A stretch of DNA of 38,281 nt from Verrucomicrobiota bacterium (GTDB lineage Bacteria; Verrucomicrobiota; Kiritimatiellia; RFP12; UBA1067): NCBI GenBank assembly GCA_016280825.1, contig JAEEHL010000029.1:1-38281 (forward strand), read 5' to 3'. Under the pieces are notes generated by a model. The model did not search any database. It was not told the DNA's origin and worked only from the letters and a program-made list of their open reading frames with translations. A program made the position numbers and the translations under genes. The first letter of the stretch is position 1. Every line of letters begins with the position of its first letter. Of the stretch, positions 19,189-28,435 are shown one piece after another.

Positions 19189-20007
19189 ATGGAGATATCT
19201 AGAGAGCAGGTCTGGGACGAGGCGCCGCGCACATTTGCGGAGGCTGCGCTTCGCCGTCTCCTTCGCCTTTTGTCCGGGGTCGGCCACGCGGGGAAGATAC
19301 TCTTCCTCTCCGTTACATCGTTCCCGGCGGTGGTCTTCAGGAAGTCAGGCCGGGCGGACCTTGCGCGGCACCTCTATTCGACTGGCATACGCACGCTCCC
19401 CGTGACGACCGTCGTCTCGCTCTTTACAGGCATGATACTCGCCCTGCAGGTGGGGCTTGAGCTCCGCCGCTTCAACCAGGAGATGCACCTTGGCGCGGCG
19501 GTCATGATATCGCTCATCCGCGAGATGGGGCCGTTCAGCTGCGCGATGTGCCTTGCGGCCTGCGTCGGCAGCGCGATCGCGGCGGAGATAGGCACGATGA
19601 AGGTGAACGACGAGGTGGCGGCGCTCGAGATAATGTCCATTTCGCCCGTGAGGTACCTTGCCGCGCCGCGCATCCTCGCGCTCGTCCTCATGTCGCCCCT
19701 TATGGCGTTTTTCTGCTGCGTCGTCGGCACGATGGGCGGCGGCATCGTGGGGCTTACGCAGCTCAACGTCGACTTCGGCCAGTACATGGCAAGCGCAATG
19801 TCGATTGCCGAGGCGAAGGACCTTTTCGTCGGCCTTGCGAAGGCGCTCGTCTTCGGCCTCGTGATCGGCGCGGTCTCCGTTTCGGAGGGCTTCTCGACTT
19901 CGCTTGGCGCGACGGGCGTGGGGCGCTCGACGCAGAGAAGCGTGATACTGAGCTTCCTCCTCATTCTCATGACGGGGTACATGATAACCCGCGTCGCATA
20001 CAGGTAG
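19189..20007 (+). CDS. mlaE: MlaE family ABC transporter permease
   Basis: TGMILALQ, IREMGP, GSAIAAEIGTMKVNDEVAALEIMSISPVRYLAAPR, GATGVGRST. Confidence 0.94.
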   Translation: MEISREQVWDEAPRTFAEAALRRLLRLLSGVGHAGKILFLSVTSFPAVVFRKSGRADLARHLYSTGIRTLPVTTVVSLFTGMILALQVGLELRRFNQEMHLGAAVMISLIREMGPFSCAMCLAACVGSAIAAEIGTMKVNDEVAALEIMSISPVRYLAAPRILALVLMSPLMAFFCCVVGTMGGGIVGLTQLNVDFGQYMASAMSIAEAKDLFVGLAKALVFGLVIGAVSVSEGFSTSLGATGVGRSTQRSVILSFLLILMTGYMITRVAYR

Positions 20008-20012
20008 AGGTC

Positions 20013-21131
20013 ATGGAAAAGCGCGTTTGGACGGAGTTCCACGGGGACAGGCTCGTCTCCAACTACAGGCGGATGGTGGAGAGGGTTCGCCCGGCGAGGG
20101 TGCTCTGCGTACTGAAGGCGAATGCATACGGCCTTGGAGTGGATTTGGTCGCAAAGGCGCTTTACGGGGCAGGCTGCCGGCTTTTCGGCGTGGCCGATCC
20201 GTTCGAGGCGCTAGAACTGAAAGGGCTCTGCCCCGGAAGCCACGTGCAGATGCTCTCTGGCGTCCTGCCTGGCGAGATACCCGACATGGTGAAGGAGGGG
20301 ATCGTCCTCCCCGCCATCGACCTTGCAACGGCAAGGCTCGTCTCCCGCGCGGCATGCCGGCTGGGCACGAAGGCCAGAATGCATTTCAAGGTCGACAGCG
20401 GCATGGGACGGCTTGGAGTGCCAGTGTCCGGGGCGATGGACGTTCTCTCGAAGGCGGCCGCGCTGCCCTCGCTGGAAATCGAGGGGGTGTTCTCGCACCT
20501 CGCCACGGCCGGCACGCCGGGTGACGCGTACGCGCTTGCGCAGATAGCCGACTTCAAGGCCTTTCTCCGCGACGCGAGGAGTGCGGGCTTCAGGTTCAAG
20601 GCGGTGCACATCGCCGCGTCCGACGCGATCAACAACTTCCCGCAGTGCGCCAGGAGGCCGTTCAACATGGTCCGCGCCGGCATAGACCTCTACGGCAGCT
20701 TCGACCCGAACGGGCGGCGCGAACTCGGGGTGGAATGCGTCTTCTCGCTGAAGGCGCGGGTGGCGCAGGTCCGCACGCTCCCGGCGGGGACGTCGCTCGG
20801 GTACCTGCGTACATGGCGCCTCGGGAAGCGCTCCCGCATAGCAACCATCGCCGCGGGATACGCCGACGGGCTGCCGCTCGCGCTCTCCAACAGGGGCAAC
20901 GTGCTCGTCAACGGACGCCTCTGCCCCGTCGTTGGGCGCATTTCGATGGACTACGCGACGGTGGACGTCTCCGGCGCGGGCGACGTGCGCCCGGGCGACG
21001 AAGTCGTCTGCCTTGGGAGCGACGGCAGGCATTCCGTATTTCCCGACGACTGGGCCGCCGCCAAGGGAACGCACGCCTACGACATAATCTGCTCTCTTGG
21101 CCGTCGCGTCGAGCGCCGCAGCGCAACATGA
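20013..21131 (+). CDS. alr: Alanine racemase
   Basis: VLKANAYGLG (PLP lysine), HFKVDSGMGRLG, GVFSHLA, SLGY (catalytic Tyr), GYADG, GRISMD. Confidence 0.96.
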   Translation: MEKRVWTEFHGDRLVSNYRRMVERVRPARVLCVLKANAYGLGVDLVAKALYGAGCRLFGVADPFEALELKGLCPGSHVQMLSGVLPGEIPDMVKEGIVLPAIDLATARLVSRAACRLGTKARMHFKVDSGMGRLGVPVSGAMDVLSKAAALPSLEIEGVFSHLATAGTPGDAYALAQIADFKAFLRDARSAGFRFKAVHIAASDAINNFPQCARRPFNMVRAGIDLYGSFDPNGRRELGVECVFSLKARVAQVRTLPAGTSLGYLRTWRLGKRSRIATIAAGYADGLPLALSNRGNVLVNGRLCPVVGRISMDYATVDVSGAGDVRPGDEVVCLGSDGRHSVFPDDWAAAKGTHAYDIICSLGRRVERRSAT

Positions 21132-21176
21132 AATTGCGGTAAACACGGCAGGTCGCAAACCAGTCATGGGGCAATT

Positions 21177-21206
21177 TTGACAAATAGGCCGCATATTTGA
21201 TAAAAT
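21177..21206 (+). promoter_or_regulatory. Sigma70-type promoter for ribH (TTGACA-18-TAAAAT, extended -10)
   Basis: TTGACA 21177-21182 and TGATAAAAT 21198-21206. Confidence 0.75.
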
Positions 21207-21237
21207 ACGCGTCCTAAACGGAAGGAGAGGGAGAAAT

Positions 21238-21699
21238 ATGACGGAGATATCTGCTGGGCTAGTGGCCAAGGACATGAAAATCGCGGTGGTTGCGAGCCGC
21301 TTCAACAGTTTTCTCACCGACCAGCTTGTAAAAGGCGCCATCGACGCCTTTGTGAGGCATGGTGGAAAGGACGCCGACATCGTCATCGTGAAGGCGCCTG
21401 GCGCATACGAGCTGCCGCTCGCTGCCAAGAAGCTTGCGAAGTCGGGCAAGTTTGACGCTGTGGTTGCGCTCGGCGTTGTCGTGCAGGGCGCAACTCCCCA
21501 CGCATCGCTCATCAACGAGACGACGGCGCGCGCCTTCAGCGAGATTTCGATGGCGGAGATGGTTCCGGTGATCGACGGGGTCGTCAGCGCCGAATCGCTT
21601 GAACAGGCGGTCGAGCGCTGCGGCACGAAGCAGGGCAACAAGGGTTTTTCCGCAATGCAGGCGGCGATTGAAATGGCCGACTTGATGAGGAAAATGTAA
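21238..21699 (+). CDS. ribH: 6,7-dimethyl-8-ribityllumazine synthase
   Basis: IAVVASRFN, PGAYELP, DAVVALGVVVQGATPH, QAVER.GTKQGNKG..A..AIEM. Confidence 0.97.
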   Translation: MTEISAGLVAKDMKIAVVASRFNSFLTDQLVKGAIDAFVRHGGKDADIVIVKAPGAYELPLAAKKLAKSGKFDAVVALGVVVQGATPHASLINETTARAFSEISMAEMVPVIDGVVSAESLEQAVERCGTKQGNKGFSAMQAAIEMADLMRKM

Positions 21700-21724
21700 T
21701 TGCAATCGAAAGGAGGATGGTAAA

Positions 21725-22966
21725 ATGGCAAAGGAAGTGAAAAAGGTTGCGTTTCTGACGGCTGGCGGCCTTGCGCCGTGTCTCTCCAGCGCAATCGGCT
21801 TTCTCATAAAGCAGTACACCGACAAGGCCCCGAACGTGGAGATGATAGGCTACATCAACGGCTACATGGGGCTTTTGAAGGGAGAGTCGATTCCCGTCAC
21901 GGACGTCGTGCGCAAGAACGCGCTCGTCCTCACGATGCACGGAGGCAGCCCCATAGGCAACAGCCGCGTCAAGCTCACGAACGTGAAGGACTGCGTCAAG
22001 CGCGGTCTTGTGAAGGAGGGCGAAGACCCCCTCAAGGTCGCGGCGGACCAGCTCGTCAAGGACGGCGTCGACGTGCTCCACACGATCGGCGGCGACGACA
22101 CCAACACGACCGCGGCTGACCTTGCCGACTACCTTGCGAAGAACAACTACCCGCTCATCGTGGTGGGCCTGCCGAAGACGGTCGACAACGACGTCTACCC
22201 GATCAAGCAGTCGCTCGGCGCGTGGACCGCCGCCGAGGAGGGGGCGAAGTTCTTCTTGAACGTCGTAAAGGAGAACAGCGCGAACCCGCGCGCCCTCACG
22301 ATCCACGAGGTCATGGGGCGCAATTGCGGCTGGCTTACGTACAAGACGGCCTTCTACTACCGCAAGATGCTCGAGCGCAAGGTCAAGTTCCTGCCGGAGT
22401 TCGGGCTCAACATGAAGCGCCAGGACGTCCACGCCATCTACGTGCCGGAGTCGCGCATAAACTTCGCGAGCGAGGCAAAGCGGCTCAGGGCGATAATGGA
22501 CGAGGTCGACGCGGTCAACATCTTCGTCTCCGAGGGGGCGGGGGTTTCGGAGATCATCGCCGAGATGAAGAGGCGCGGCGAGGAAGTGCCGGTAGACGCC
22601 TTCGGCCACCCGAGGCTCGACAAGGTGAACGTCGGCCAGTACGTCGGCAGGCGCTTCGGCGAGCTTCTCGGCGCGGAGAAGGTGCAGGTGTTCAAGTCCG
22701 GCTATTTCGCGAGGTCCGCGAAGCCCAACCCGAAGGACCTGCGCCTCATCTCGAAGTGCTGCGCGAAGGCCGTCGAGTGCGCGCTTTCCGGAGTGTCGGG
22801 GGTGGTCGGCCAGGACGAAGACGCCCTCGGCAAGATACGCGCCTGCGAGTTCAGCCGCATCAAGGGCGGCAAGCCGTTCAACGTGCGCAAGGGCAGCTTC
22901 CGGGCGATGTGCAAGGAGATCGGCCAGCCGAATCCGCGCAAGAAGCGCTTTGACGCCGTCAAGTGA
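21725..22966 (+). CDS. pfp: Pyrophosphate-dependent phosphofructokinase
   Basis: LTAGGLAPC, GGSPIGNSR, TIGGDDT (Asp of PPi-type enzymes), PKTVDND (Lys), HEVMGRNCG, KSGYFARS. AGGAGG RBS. Confidence 0.95.
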   Translation: MAKEVKKVAFLTAGGLAPCLSSAIGFLIKQYTDKAPNVEMIGYINGYMGLLKGESIPVTDVVRKNALVLTMHGGSPIGNSRVKLTNVKDCVKRGLVKEGEDPLKVAADQLVKDGVDVLHTIGGDDTNTTAADLADYLAKNNYPLIVVGLPKTVDNDVYPIKQSLGAWTAAEEGAKFFLNVVKENSANPRALTIHEVMGRNCGWLTYKTAFYYRKMLERKVKFLPEFGLNMKRQDVHAIYVPESRINFASEAKRLRAIMDEVDAVNIFVSEGAGVSEIIAEMKRRGEEVPVDAFGHPRLDKVNVGQYVGRRFGELLGAEKVQVFKSGYFARSAKPNPKDLRLISKCCAKAVECALSGVSGVVGQDEDALGKIRACEFSRIKGGKPFNVRKGSFRAMCKEIGQPNPRKKRFDAVK

Positions 22967-22984
22967 CCTTTTGGAGCCCGCGAC

Positions 22985-23677
22985 ATGATTTCGCTGGAGA
23001 AGGGCCTGATTGTCGAGCTCGACTACGTTGCCCCCGGGGGGCTCGAGTTTCTGTTCGGCACCCTGCGCAAGACGCTTTCCTCCATTGACCCGAAGCTGTC
23101 GCTGACGGCTGTGGACGAGGCGCGCTATTTCGCGGGGAGGGACAGCGAGGCGGCCCTTGCGGAGTACTTCTCCCGCAACAAGTGCAAGAAGACCGCGCCT
23201 AAGGCCGCGCGCGACCTTGCCGCCGCGATGAAGGCCGCGTTCACGAAGAAGCTCCCCTCGCTCGTCACGCAGCCTGTCAGGAACTTCCTGAAGGTTGCCG
23301 CGGACAGCGGCCTCAGGACGGTACTCGTGACTTGCGCCGATGTCGAGAGCCCGGCGATCGCCGCCCTCGCGGCGCAGCTCCCGGGCGGCGGCAGGACGGT
23401 TCTCGTGCACGAGGAGATGACGCGCTACGGCGGAATCTCCGGCGCCGCGGTGAAGCGCGTAGTTAACCTAATGCGCATCCATCCTTCGCGCCTTGCGATT
23501 GTCGCTGGGTCCGGCCATTCCGTGAAGGAAGGCCTCAAGTACGGCATCGGCTCCATGGCCGTATCGTGCCCGCGCAACGAATATCAGGATTTCAGCGGCG
23601 CGTGCGCTATGGTGGGCGAGATGGGCGCTCCCGCAGCAAGAAAGGCCGCGGCGGTTCTGCGCGTATGTCCGGCATAG
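22985..23677 (+). CDS. HAD-superfamily-like protein with degenerate catalytic motifs
   Basis: Layout resembles beta-PGM/CbbY-like HADs (GLIVELDYV; RTVLVT; LAIVAGS..SVKEGLKYGIGSMAV..EYQDFSGA) but it lacks DxD and ED/GD. Inference from pattern. Confidence 0.6.
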   Translation: MISLEKGLIVELDYVAPGGLEFLFGTLRKTLSSIDPKLSLTAVDEARYFAGRDSEAALAEYFSRNKCKKTAPKAARDLAAAMKAAFTKKLPSLVTQPVRNFLKVAADSGLRTVLVTCADVESPAIAALAAQLPGGGRTVLVHEEMTRYGGISGAAVKRVVNLMRIHPSRLAIVAGSGHSVKEGLKYGIGSMAVSCPRNEYQDFSGACAMVGEMGAPAARKAAAVLRVCPA

Positions 23678-24309
23678 AGAGGCTCCACGAGATAATGAAG
23701 CGCCTGCGCGACCCCGAGAGGGGCTGCCCGTGGGACCGCGAGCAGACGCTTGACACCCTGAAGCCGTGCGTTCTCGAGGAGACGTACGAGCTTCTCGCGG
23801 CGATGGATGATCCGTCTGACAGGGAGTCCTACGTAGAGGAACTGGGCGACGTCCTCCTGCAGGTCATGTTCCAGAGCGTAATGGGCGAGGAGCGCGGCGA
23901 CTTCACCTTTGACGACGTGGCGAACGCCGTTGCCGACAAGCTCGTCCACCGCCACCCGCACGTCTTCGGCGACGTCAAGGCCGACGATTCAGCCGCCGTG
24001 CTCAGGAACTGGGAGCGCATCAAGGCCATGGAGCGGGCGAAGAAGGCCCGCCGCAGCGCCCTCGACGGAGTGCCGCCGTCGCTGCCTGCGCTTCTCAAGG
24101 CGCGGCGCATGATGGAGAAGGCTTCGCGCGCCGGCTACGAGGAGCCGATTCCGGAAGTCGACGCCGCAGCCGACCCGGGGGGGTACATGCTTGCCGCGGT
24201 GAAGCGGCTTGCGGATCTTGGAATTGACGCCGAGGCGGCCCTTGAAAAAAGGCTTTCGGGATTTGCAGGCCGGTTTCGCGCGTTCGAGGACGCGCACAGG
24301 GCCGACTGA
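23665..24309 (+). CDS. mazG: MazG family nucleoside triphosphate pyrophosphohydrolase (second domain shortened)
   Basis: LRDPERGCPWDREQT, EETYEL, EELGDVLLQV, KLVHRHPHVFG, NWERIK, LDGVPPSLPALL. Confidence 0.94.
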   Translation: MSGIERLHEIMKRLRDPERGCPWDREQTLDTLKPCVLEETYELLAAMDDPSDRESYVEELGDVLLQVMFQSVMGEERGDFTFDDVANAVADKLVHRHPHVFGDVKADDSAAVLRNWERIKAMERAKKARRSALDGVPPSLPALLKARRMMEKASRAGYEEPIPEVDAAADPGGYMLAAVKRLADLGIDAEAALEKRLSGFAGRFRAFEDAHRAD

Positions 24310-24321
24310 GGCGCGCTCTCG

Positions 24322-25488
24322 ATGGTGAATTCGCGCAGAACCGCCGCGTTCGCCCTCATGCGATGGCTCTCCACCAAGGAGTTCCCTGCCGGGCTTGTCG
24401 CCGACGCGGAAGACAGGGCGTTCGTGCAGGATCTCGTGTATACTGCAATACGCAGGCTGCGCGCGCTGCGGCTCGTCCTCGGCAAGTTCGTCGCCAGGTG
24501 GCCGAAGGGGGAGCTTGAAGCCCTGCTGTACGTCGGCGCCGCGCAGCTCCTGTACATGGATTCCGTCCCCGACTTCGCCGCGGTAAACGAGACCGTCGCG
24601 GCGGCGCGGCTCTGCAGGAACGCGAGCGTGCCGAAGGTCGTGAACGCGGTCCTGCGCAACGTCGCGAGGAACCGCGACGCGGTGGAGAGGGAGCTTGCGG
24701 AGGCGCCCGTCGACGCGAGGGAGAGCTTTCCATCGGTTCTTGCAAGGCGATGGTCGGCGAGGCTTGGCGCGGAGAGGACAGCCGCCCTCATGAGGGACCT
24801 GAACGTGCCGGCGAAGACGTTTCTCGCCCGCAGGGACGGTTCCTTCGTCGAACTGGAGCGCGGGCGCAGGGTTGAGGACGTGCCGGGGTACAGCGAAGGC
24901 GAGTTCATCGTGCAGGACAGGGCGACCGCAGCCGCCGTCGAGCTAATGGGGGTTTCGTCCGGGGAGAAGGTCCTCGACGCATGCGCGGCTCCGGGGGGCA
25001 AGTCGGTTCAGCTCCTGTGGCGTGGCGCGGACCTTGTCGCCTGCGAGGTGAACGCGGCGCGCCGCCGCCGGCTCGAGGAGAACCTTGCGCGCACAAGGCT
25101 CGGCGCCCGCGTCGTGAGTTCGCTTTCTGAGATCCCGGAGGGTGAGTCGTTCGACGCGGCGCTTGTCGACGCGCCGTGTTCCAACACGGGCGTTCTCAGG
25201 CGGCGGCCCGACGCGAGATGGAATTTTTCGGAGGAGAAGCTTTCCCGCCTTGTCGGGCTGCAGAGGTCGATTCTTGACAACGCAGCGAAGTTCGTCCGCC
25301 CGGGCGGGAGGCTCGTCTATTCGACTTGTTCGCTCGAGCCGGAGGAGAACGCCATGCAGACGGCGGCATTCCTGTCGCGCCATCCCGATTTCGCGCTTGG
25401 TGGCGAACGCGAGATGTTGCCCTCTGAGGACGGTTCCGACGGCGCGTACGCGGCGCTTCTTCGCCGGGAGGGCGGCGCGGCGAAATGA
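24322..25488 (+). CDS. rsmB: 16S rRNA m5C methyltransferase RsmB/Sun (NusB-like N-domain)
   Basis: AAVNETV..VVNAVLR, FIVQD, LDACAAPGGKS, DAPCSNTGVLRRRPD, LVYSTCSLEPEEN. Confidence 0.93.
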   Translation: MVNSRRTAAFALMRWLSTKEFPAGLVADAEDRAFVQDLVYTAIRRLRALRLVLGKFVARWPKGELEALLYVGAAQLLYMDSVPDFAAVNETVAAARLCRNASVPKVVNAVLRNVARNRDAVERELAEAPVDARESFPSVLARRWSARLGAERTAALMRDLNVPAKTFLARRDGSFVELERGRRVEDVPGYSEGEFIVQDRATAAAVELMGVSSGEKVLDACAAPGGKSVQLLWRGADLVACEVNAARRRRLEENLARTRLGARVVSSLSEIPEGESFDAALVDAPCSNTGVLRRRPDARWNFSEEKLSRLVGLQRSILDNAAKFVRPGGRLVYSTCSLEPEENAMQTAAFLSRHPDFALGGEREMLPSEDGSDGAYAALLRREGGAAK

Positions 25489-28424
25489 ACGGCAACAAGA
25501 TAATCGAGGCCTCGGCCGGCACAGGCAAGACCCACCGACTCGCCTCCCGCATCATCGCGCTCCTGAGGGCCGGCGCAAAGCCGCAGGAGATAGTCGCGCT
25601 CACGTTCTCCCGCGCTGCCGCCGGCGAGATATTCGTGAGGTTTGTCGGCATGCTCGCGAAGTCCGCGAGGCGCAGGCCCGCCGACATCGCGCTCCTGCGC
25701 CAGGCGATAGGCACGCAGCACCTTTCGCAGATCGGCACCCTGGACAGCTTCCTCATGCGCATGGCGAGGGTCTTTCCGCTCGAGCTCGGCATCTGCGGGG
25801 AGATGCAGATAATGGACGAGAGCCGCGCGGAGGACGAGCGCGCGAAGACGTCGTTTTCGATCCTCCGCCGCACTGACGAGACGTCGCGCAGGCATTTCGC
25901 GGAGGCGTTCTCGCTTGCGATGAACCGCGAGGAGCCGCGAAGCTTCATAGCGGCGTACAACAGGTTTGTCGGCGAATGGCACGGCCTCGTGCTCGAGAAC
26001 GGCGACGAAGCAGCCTGGAACTGCGTCCGCGGAGTTTTCGGCGACAGGCCCCCGGAGTGGATTGGCGCAACGGAAGCCGACCTTGCGCGTGCCGCAGACG
26101 GGCTTCTGGACATCTTCCCCGGCGATGCCGCCTGGGCGGCGTTCGCGGAATGGGTGAAGGGTTTCCGCGGCAGGCTTTCAGGTCTCGTCGGGATTGCGGG
26201 GAAGGTCATGTCGCTTGCGGAGGAGGACCTTTCCCGCGCCGTCATAGAGTTCAAGTACAGGAAGCGGTATGCGGTTGCCGGCGAGGACGCGCGAAAGCTG
26301 CGCGACGCCGTGCATCTCGTTGCGGGATACTGCATGCGCATGAAGATCGAGGAGACGATGGGAGTCTATCGCCTCATCTCGGCGTTCGAGCGCGAATACA
26401 ACGCGAAGGTGCGGGCGAAGGGCAACCTGGTCTTCGGCGACATCCCGCGACTCGTAAGCTCCCTCCCGGAGCACGTGAGGAGGAACCTCGAGTACCGCAT
26501 GGACTGCAGGATACGCGCATGGGCGCTCGACGAGTTCCAGGACACGAGCCGGCCGCAATGGAGGGCGTTGGCCGACCTAGTAGACGAGGCCAAGCAGTCT
26601 GGCGGCGAAAAGCCGGTTTTCGTTGTCGGGGACTTCAAGCAGGCGATATACGGCTGGCGCGAGGGGGATGTATCCATCTTCGAGAGGGAATGCGACGACG
26701 AGGCCGTCTACAGGAGGATCCACCTCGACCGTACGTGGAGATCGGGGCCTGCCGTCGTCGAGGCGGTGAACAGGGTGTTTGCGGGCGGGGCCGTCGGCGA
26801 CCTGTTCCCCAGGTGGAAGGCGAAGTGCCATGAGCACAGGTCGGCACGCGGCGACATCGAGGGGCTTGTGCAGGTCATGGACGCGCCCGGCGCGAAGAAG
26901 GAAGACTTCCTCGAGCCGGTCTACAACGCGCTTGCCGCCGCAAGGCCCGTGGAAAGGGGGCTTGAGGCGGCGGTTCTCGTGAGGGACAACAAGCTCGGCC
27001 GCAAGATCGTCAACTACCTCAAGGGCCGCGGCATGAACGACGTGGAGTTCGAGGGCGACGGCGATTCGTGCGAAACCACCGCCCTCGGCGGTTTCCTCGA
27101 CCTTGTGGAGCTTGCCGACCATCCGGGCGCTACGATGACGTGGCGGCATTTCATGTTGACCAACGTTGCAAAGGCGGCGTATGGCGACAGGCTTCCGCAG
27201 CCGGACGAAGTGTCACGGGACTTCTCGCGCGCATTCACGGAGAAGGGGCTTGTGCGCACGTTCCGCGAGCTGCGTGAGGCCATTCGCGCCTCCATGCTGC
27301 CAGACTGGGGCGAGTACGTCGAAAGCCAGTACGTAGGCATGCTGAAGGCGGCGGAGGAATTCGAGCTTTCAATGCGGCCGGACACGCGCCTTTCAGACTT
27401 CCGCTCGTTTCTCCAGTCGCGCAGGAACAGGACCTGCGCCGCCGCCGGCAAGGTGCGCGTGATGACGATCCACCACTCAAAGGGGCTTGGATTCGACTAT
27501 GTCGTCCTGCCGCTCTACGAGCATTGCGGCATCGGCAGCGGCGGGGAAAAGGGCCCCGTTGTCGGCGACGGGTGGGTGCTTGGCGACCCGGGCGCGGCGG
27601 GGAAGTACGCCGGCGCCCTGTCCAGGGCGATGGACGAGCGCAAGTGCAGGAAGGAGCTCGAGGAGCTTTGCACGTACTACGTGGCGATGACGCGGGCGAA
27701 AAGGTCCATGACCGTCATATTGCATCCGCAGGCCGCCAGGGATTCCTCCACGGTGAGGTTCTCCGACATCGTTCGGCAGTCTCTCGGCTCTCCTGCCGAA
27801 ATCGGCAACCGCCGCTGGGCGGAGGCATTGGCGGGGACGAATGCGCCTGCGAGCGGCAGCGGATGCGAGCTCCCGGTGCCGAGGACGGAGCCGCGCAAGG
27901 CGCGGCAGTCCTTCAGGCGGCGCCTTCCCTCCAGGAAGTTTGCCGACGGCGAGGTCGCGAGCGCCCTCTTCATGCGCGATTCCGCGAGAAGGCGGGCGAT
28001 CGAGCGCGGCGTCGAGGCGCACAGGGAGTTCGAGGCATTGGACTTTGTAGACGGGGAACTCGCCAGGGACGACTTCGACCGCGCCCTTGTGCGCCCCGCC
28101 GGGTTTACGGACCTCTGGCGCGAGCGTTCATACGAGATTCTCTCCGGCGGCGTCTGGGAGAGCGGGCAGTTCGACCGCGTCGTATTCGCGGGCGGCCGCG
28201 CCGTTATACAGGACTTCAAGACCAACAGGCCCATGAGGGGAGAGTCCCGAGAGGAGTTCGAGGCGCGGATGGCCATGACGTATCGCGCGCAGATGACGGC
28301 CTACCGCCGCGCGCTCGAGAGGTTGACCGGCATCCCCGCCGAGGCGATATCATGCGAGCTTCTCCTCGTGGCCACGAGATCCAGGGCCGTCGTCGGGGAC
28401 ATGCAGGGGGCAGGTGCGCATTGA
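25485..28424 (+). CDS. addA: UvrD/AddA-like SF1A helicase with C-terminal PD-(D/E)xK nuclease
   Basis: EASAGTGKT, ALTFSRAAAGE, DEFQDTS..QW, VGDFKQAIYGWR, MTIHHSKGL, YVAMTRAK. RecB-type nuclease GQFDRV..IQDFKT..Y.AQM..Y. Confidence 0.88.
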   Translation: MNGNKIIEASAGTGKTHRLASRIIALLRAGAKPQEIVALTFSRAAAGEIFVRFVGMLAKSARRRPADIALLRQAIGTQHLSQIGTLDSFLMRMARVFPLELGICGEMQIMDESRAEDERAKTSFSILRRTDETSRRHFAEAFSLAMNREEPRSFIAAYNRFVGEWHGLVLENGDEAAWNCVRGVFGDRPPEWIGATEADLARAADGLLDIFPGDAAWAAFAEWVKGFRGRLSGLVGIAGKVMSLAEEDLSRAVIEFKYRKRYAVAGEDARKLRDAVHLVAGYCMRMKIEETMGVYRLISAFEREYNAKVRAKGNLVFGDIPRLVSSLPEHVRRNLEYRMDCRIRAWALDEFQDTSRPQWRALADLVDEAKQSGGEKPVFVVGDFKQAIYGWREGDVSIFERECDDEAVYRRIHLDRTWRSGPAVVEAVNRVFAGGAVGDLFPRWKAKCHEHRSARGDIEGLVQVMDAPGAKKEDFLEPVYNALAAARPVERGLEAAVLVRDNKLGRKIVNYLKGRGMNDVEFEGDGDSCETTALGGFLDLVELADHPGATMTWRHFMLTNVAKAAYGDRLPQPDEVSRDFSRAFTEKGLVRTFRELREAIRASMLPDWGEYVESQYVGMLKAAEEFELSMRPDTRLSDFRSFLQSRRNRTCAAAGKVRVMTIHHSKGLGFDYVVLPLYEHCGIGSGGEKGPVVGDGWVLGDPGAAGKYAGALSRAMDERKCRKELEELCTYYVAMTRAKRSMTVILHPQAARDSSTVRFSDIVRQSLGSPAEIGNRRWAEALAGTNAPASGSGCELPVPRTEPRKARQSFRRRLPSRKFADGEVASALFMRDSARRRAIERGVEAHREFEALDFVDGELARDDFDRALVRPAGFTDLWRERSYEILSGGVWESGQFDRVVFAGGRAVIQDFKTNRPMRGESREEFEARMAMTYRAQMTAYRRALERLTGIPAEAISCELLLVATRSRAVVGDMQGAGAH

Positions 28425-28435
28425 AAGGGGAAAAC

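Noticed and set aside
21700-21727. TTGCAA...TGGTAAAAT promoter-like motif before pfp
   Set aside because: The -10 overlaps the pfp ATG and the spacer is 15 bp; the AGGAGG SD supports ATG 21725 on a ribH-pfp transcript.
21584-23410. 608-aa antisense ORF over pfp, plus similar long minus-strand ORFs (6609-8204, 20211-21794, 30016-31596, 34039-35352, 35933-37087)
   Set aside because: Each lies almost entirely opposite a well-supported + strand gene. High GC3 suppresses stops on the opposite strand, and the translations show no recognisable domains.
23665-24309. MazG as an anti-phage or toxin-antitoxin component
   Set aside because: Housekeeping-type MazG in a core-gene operon; no toxin or defence genes adjacent.
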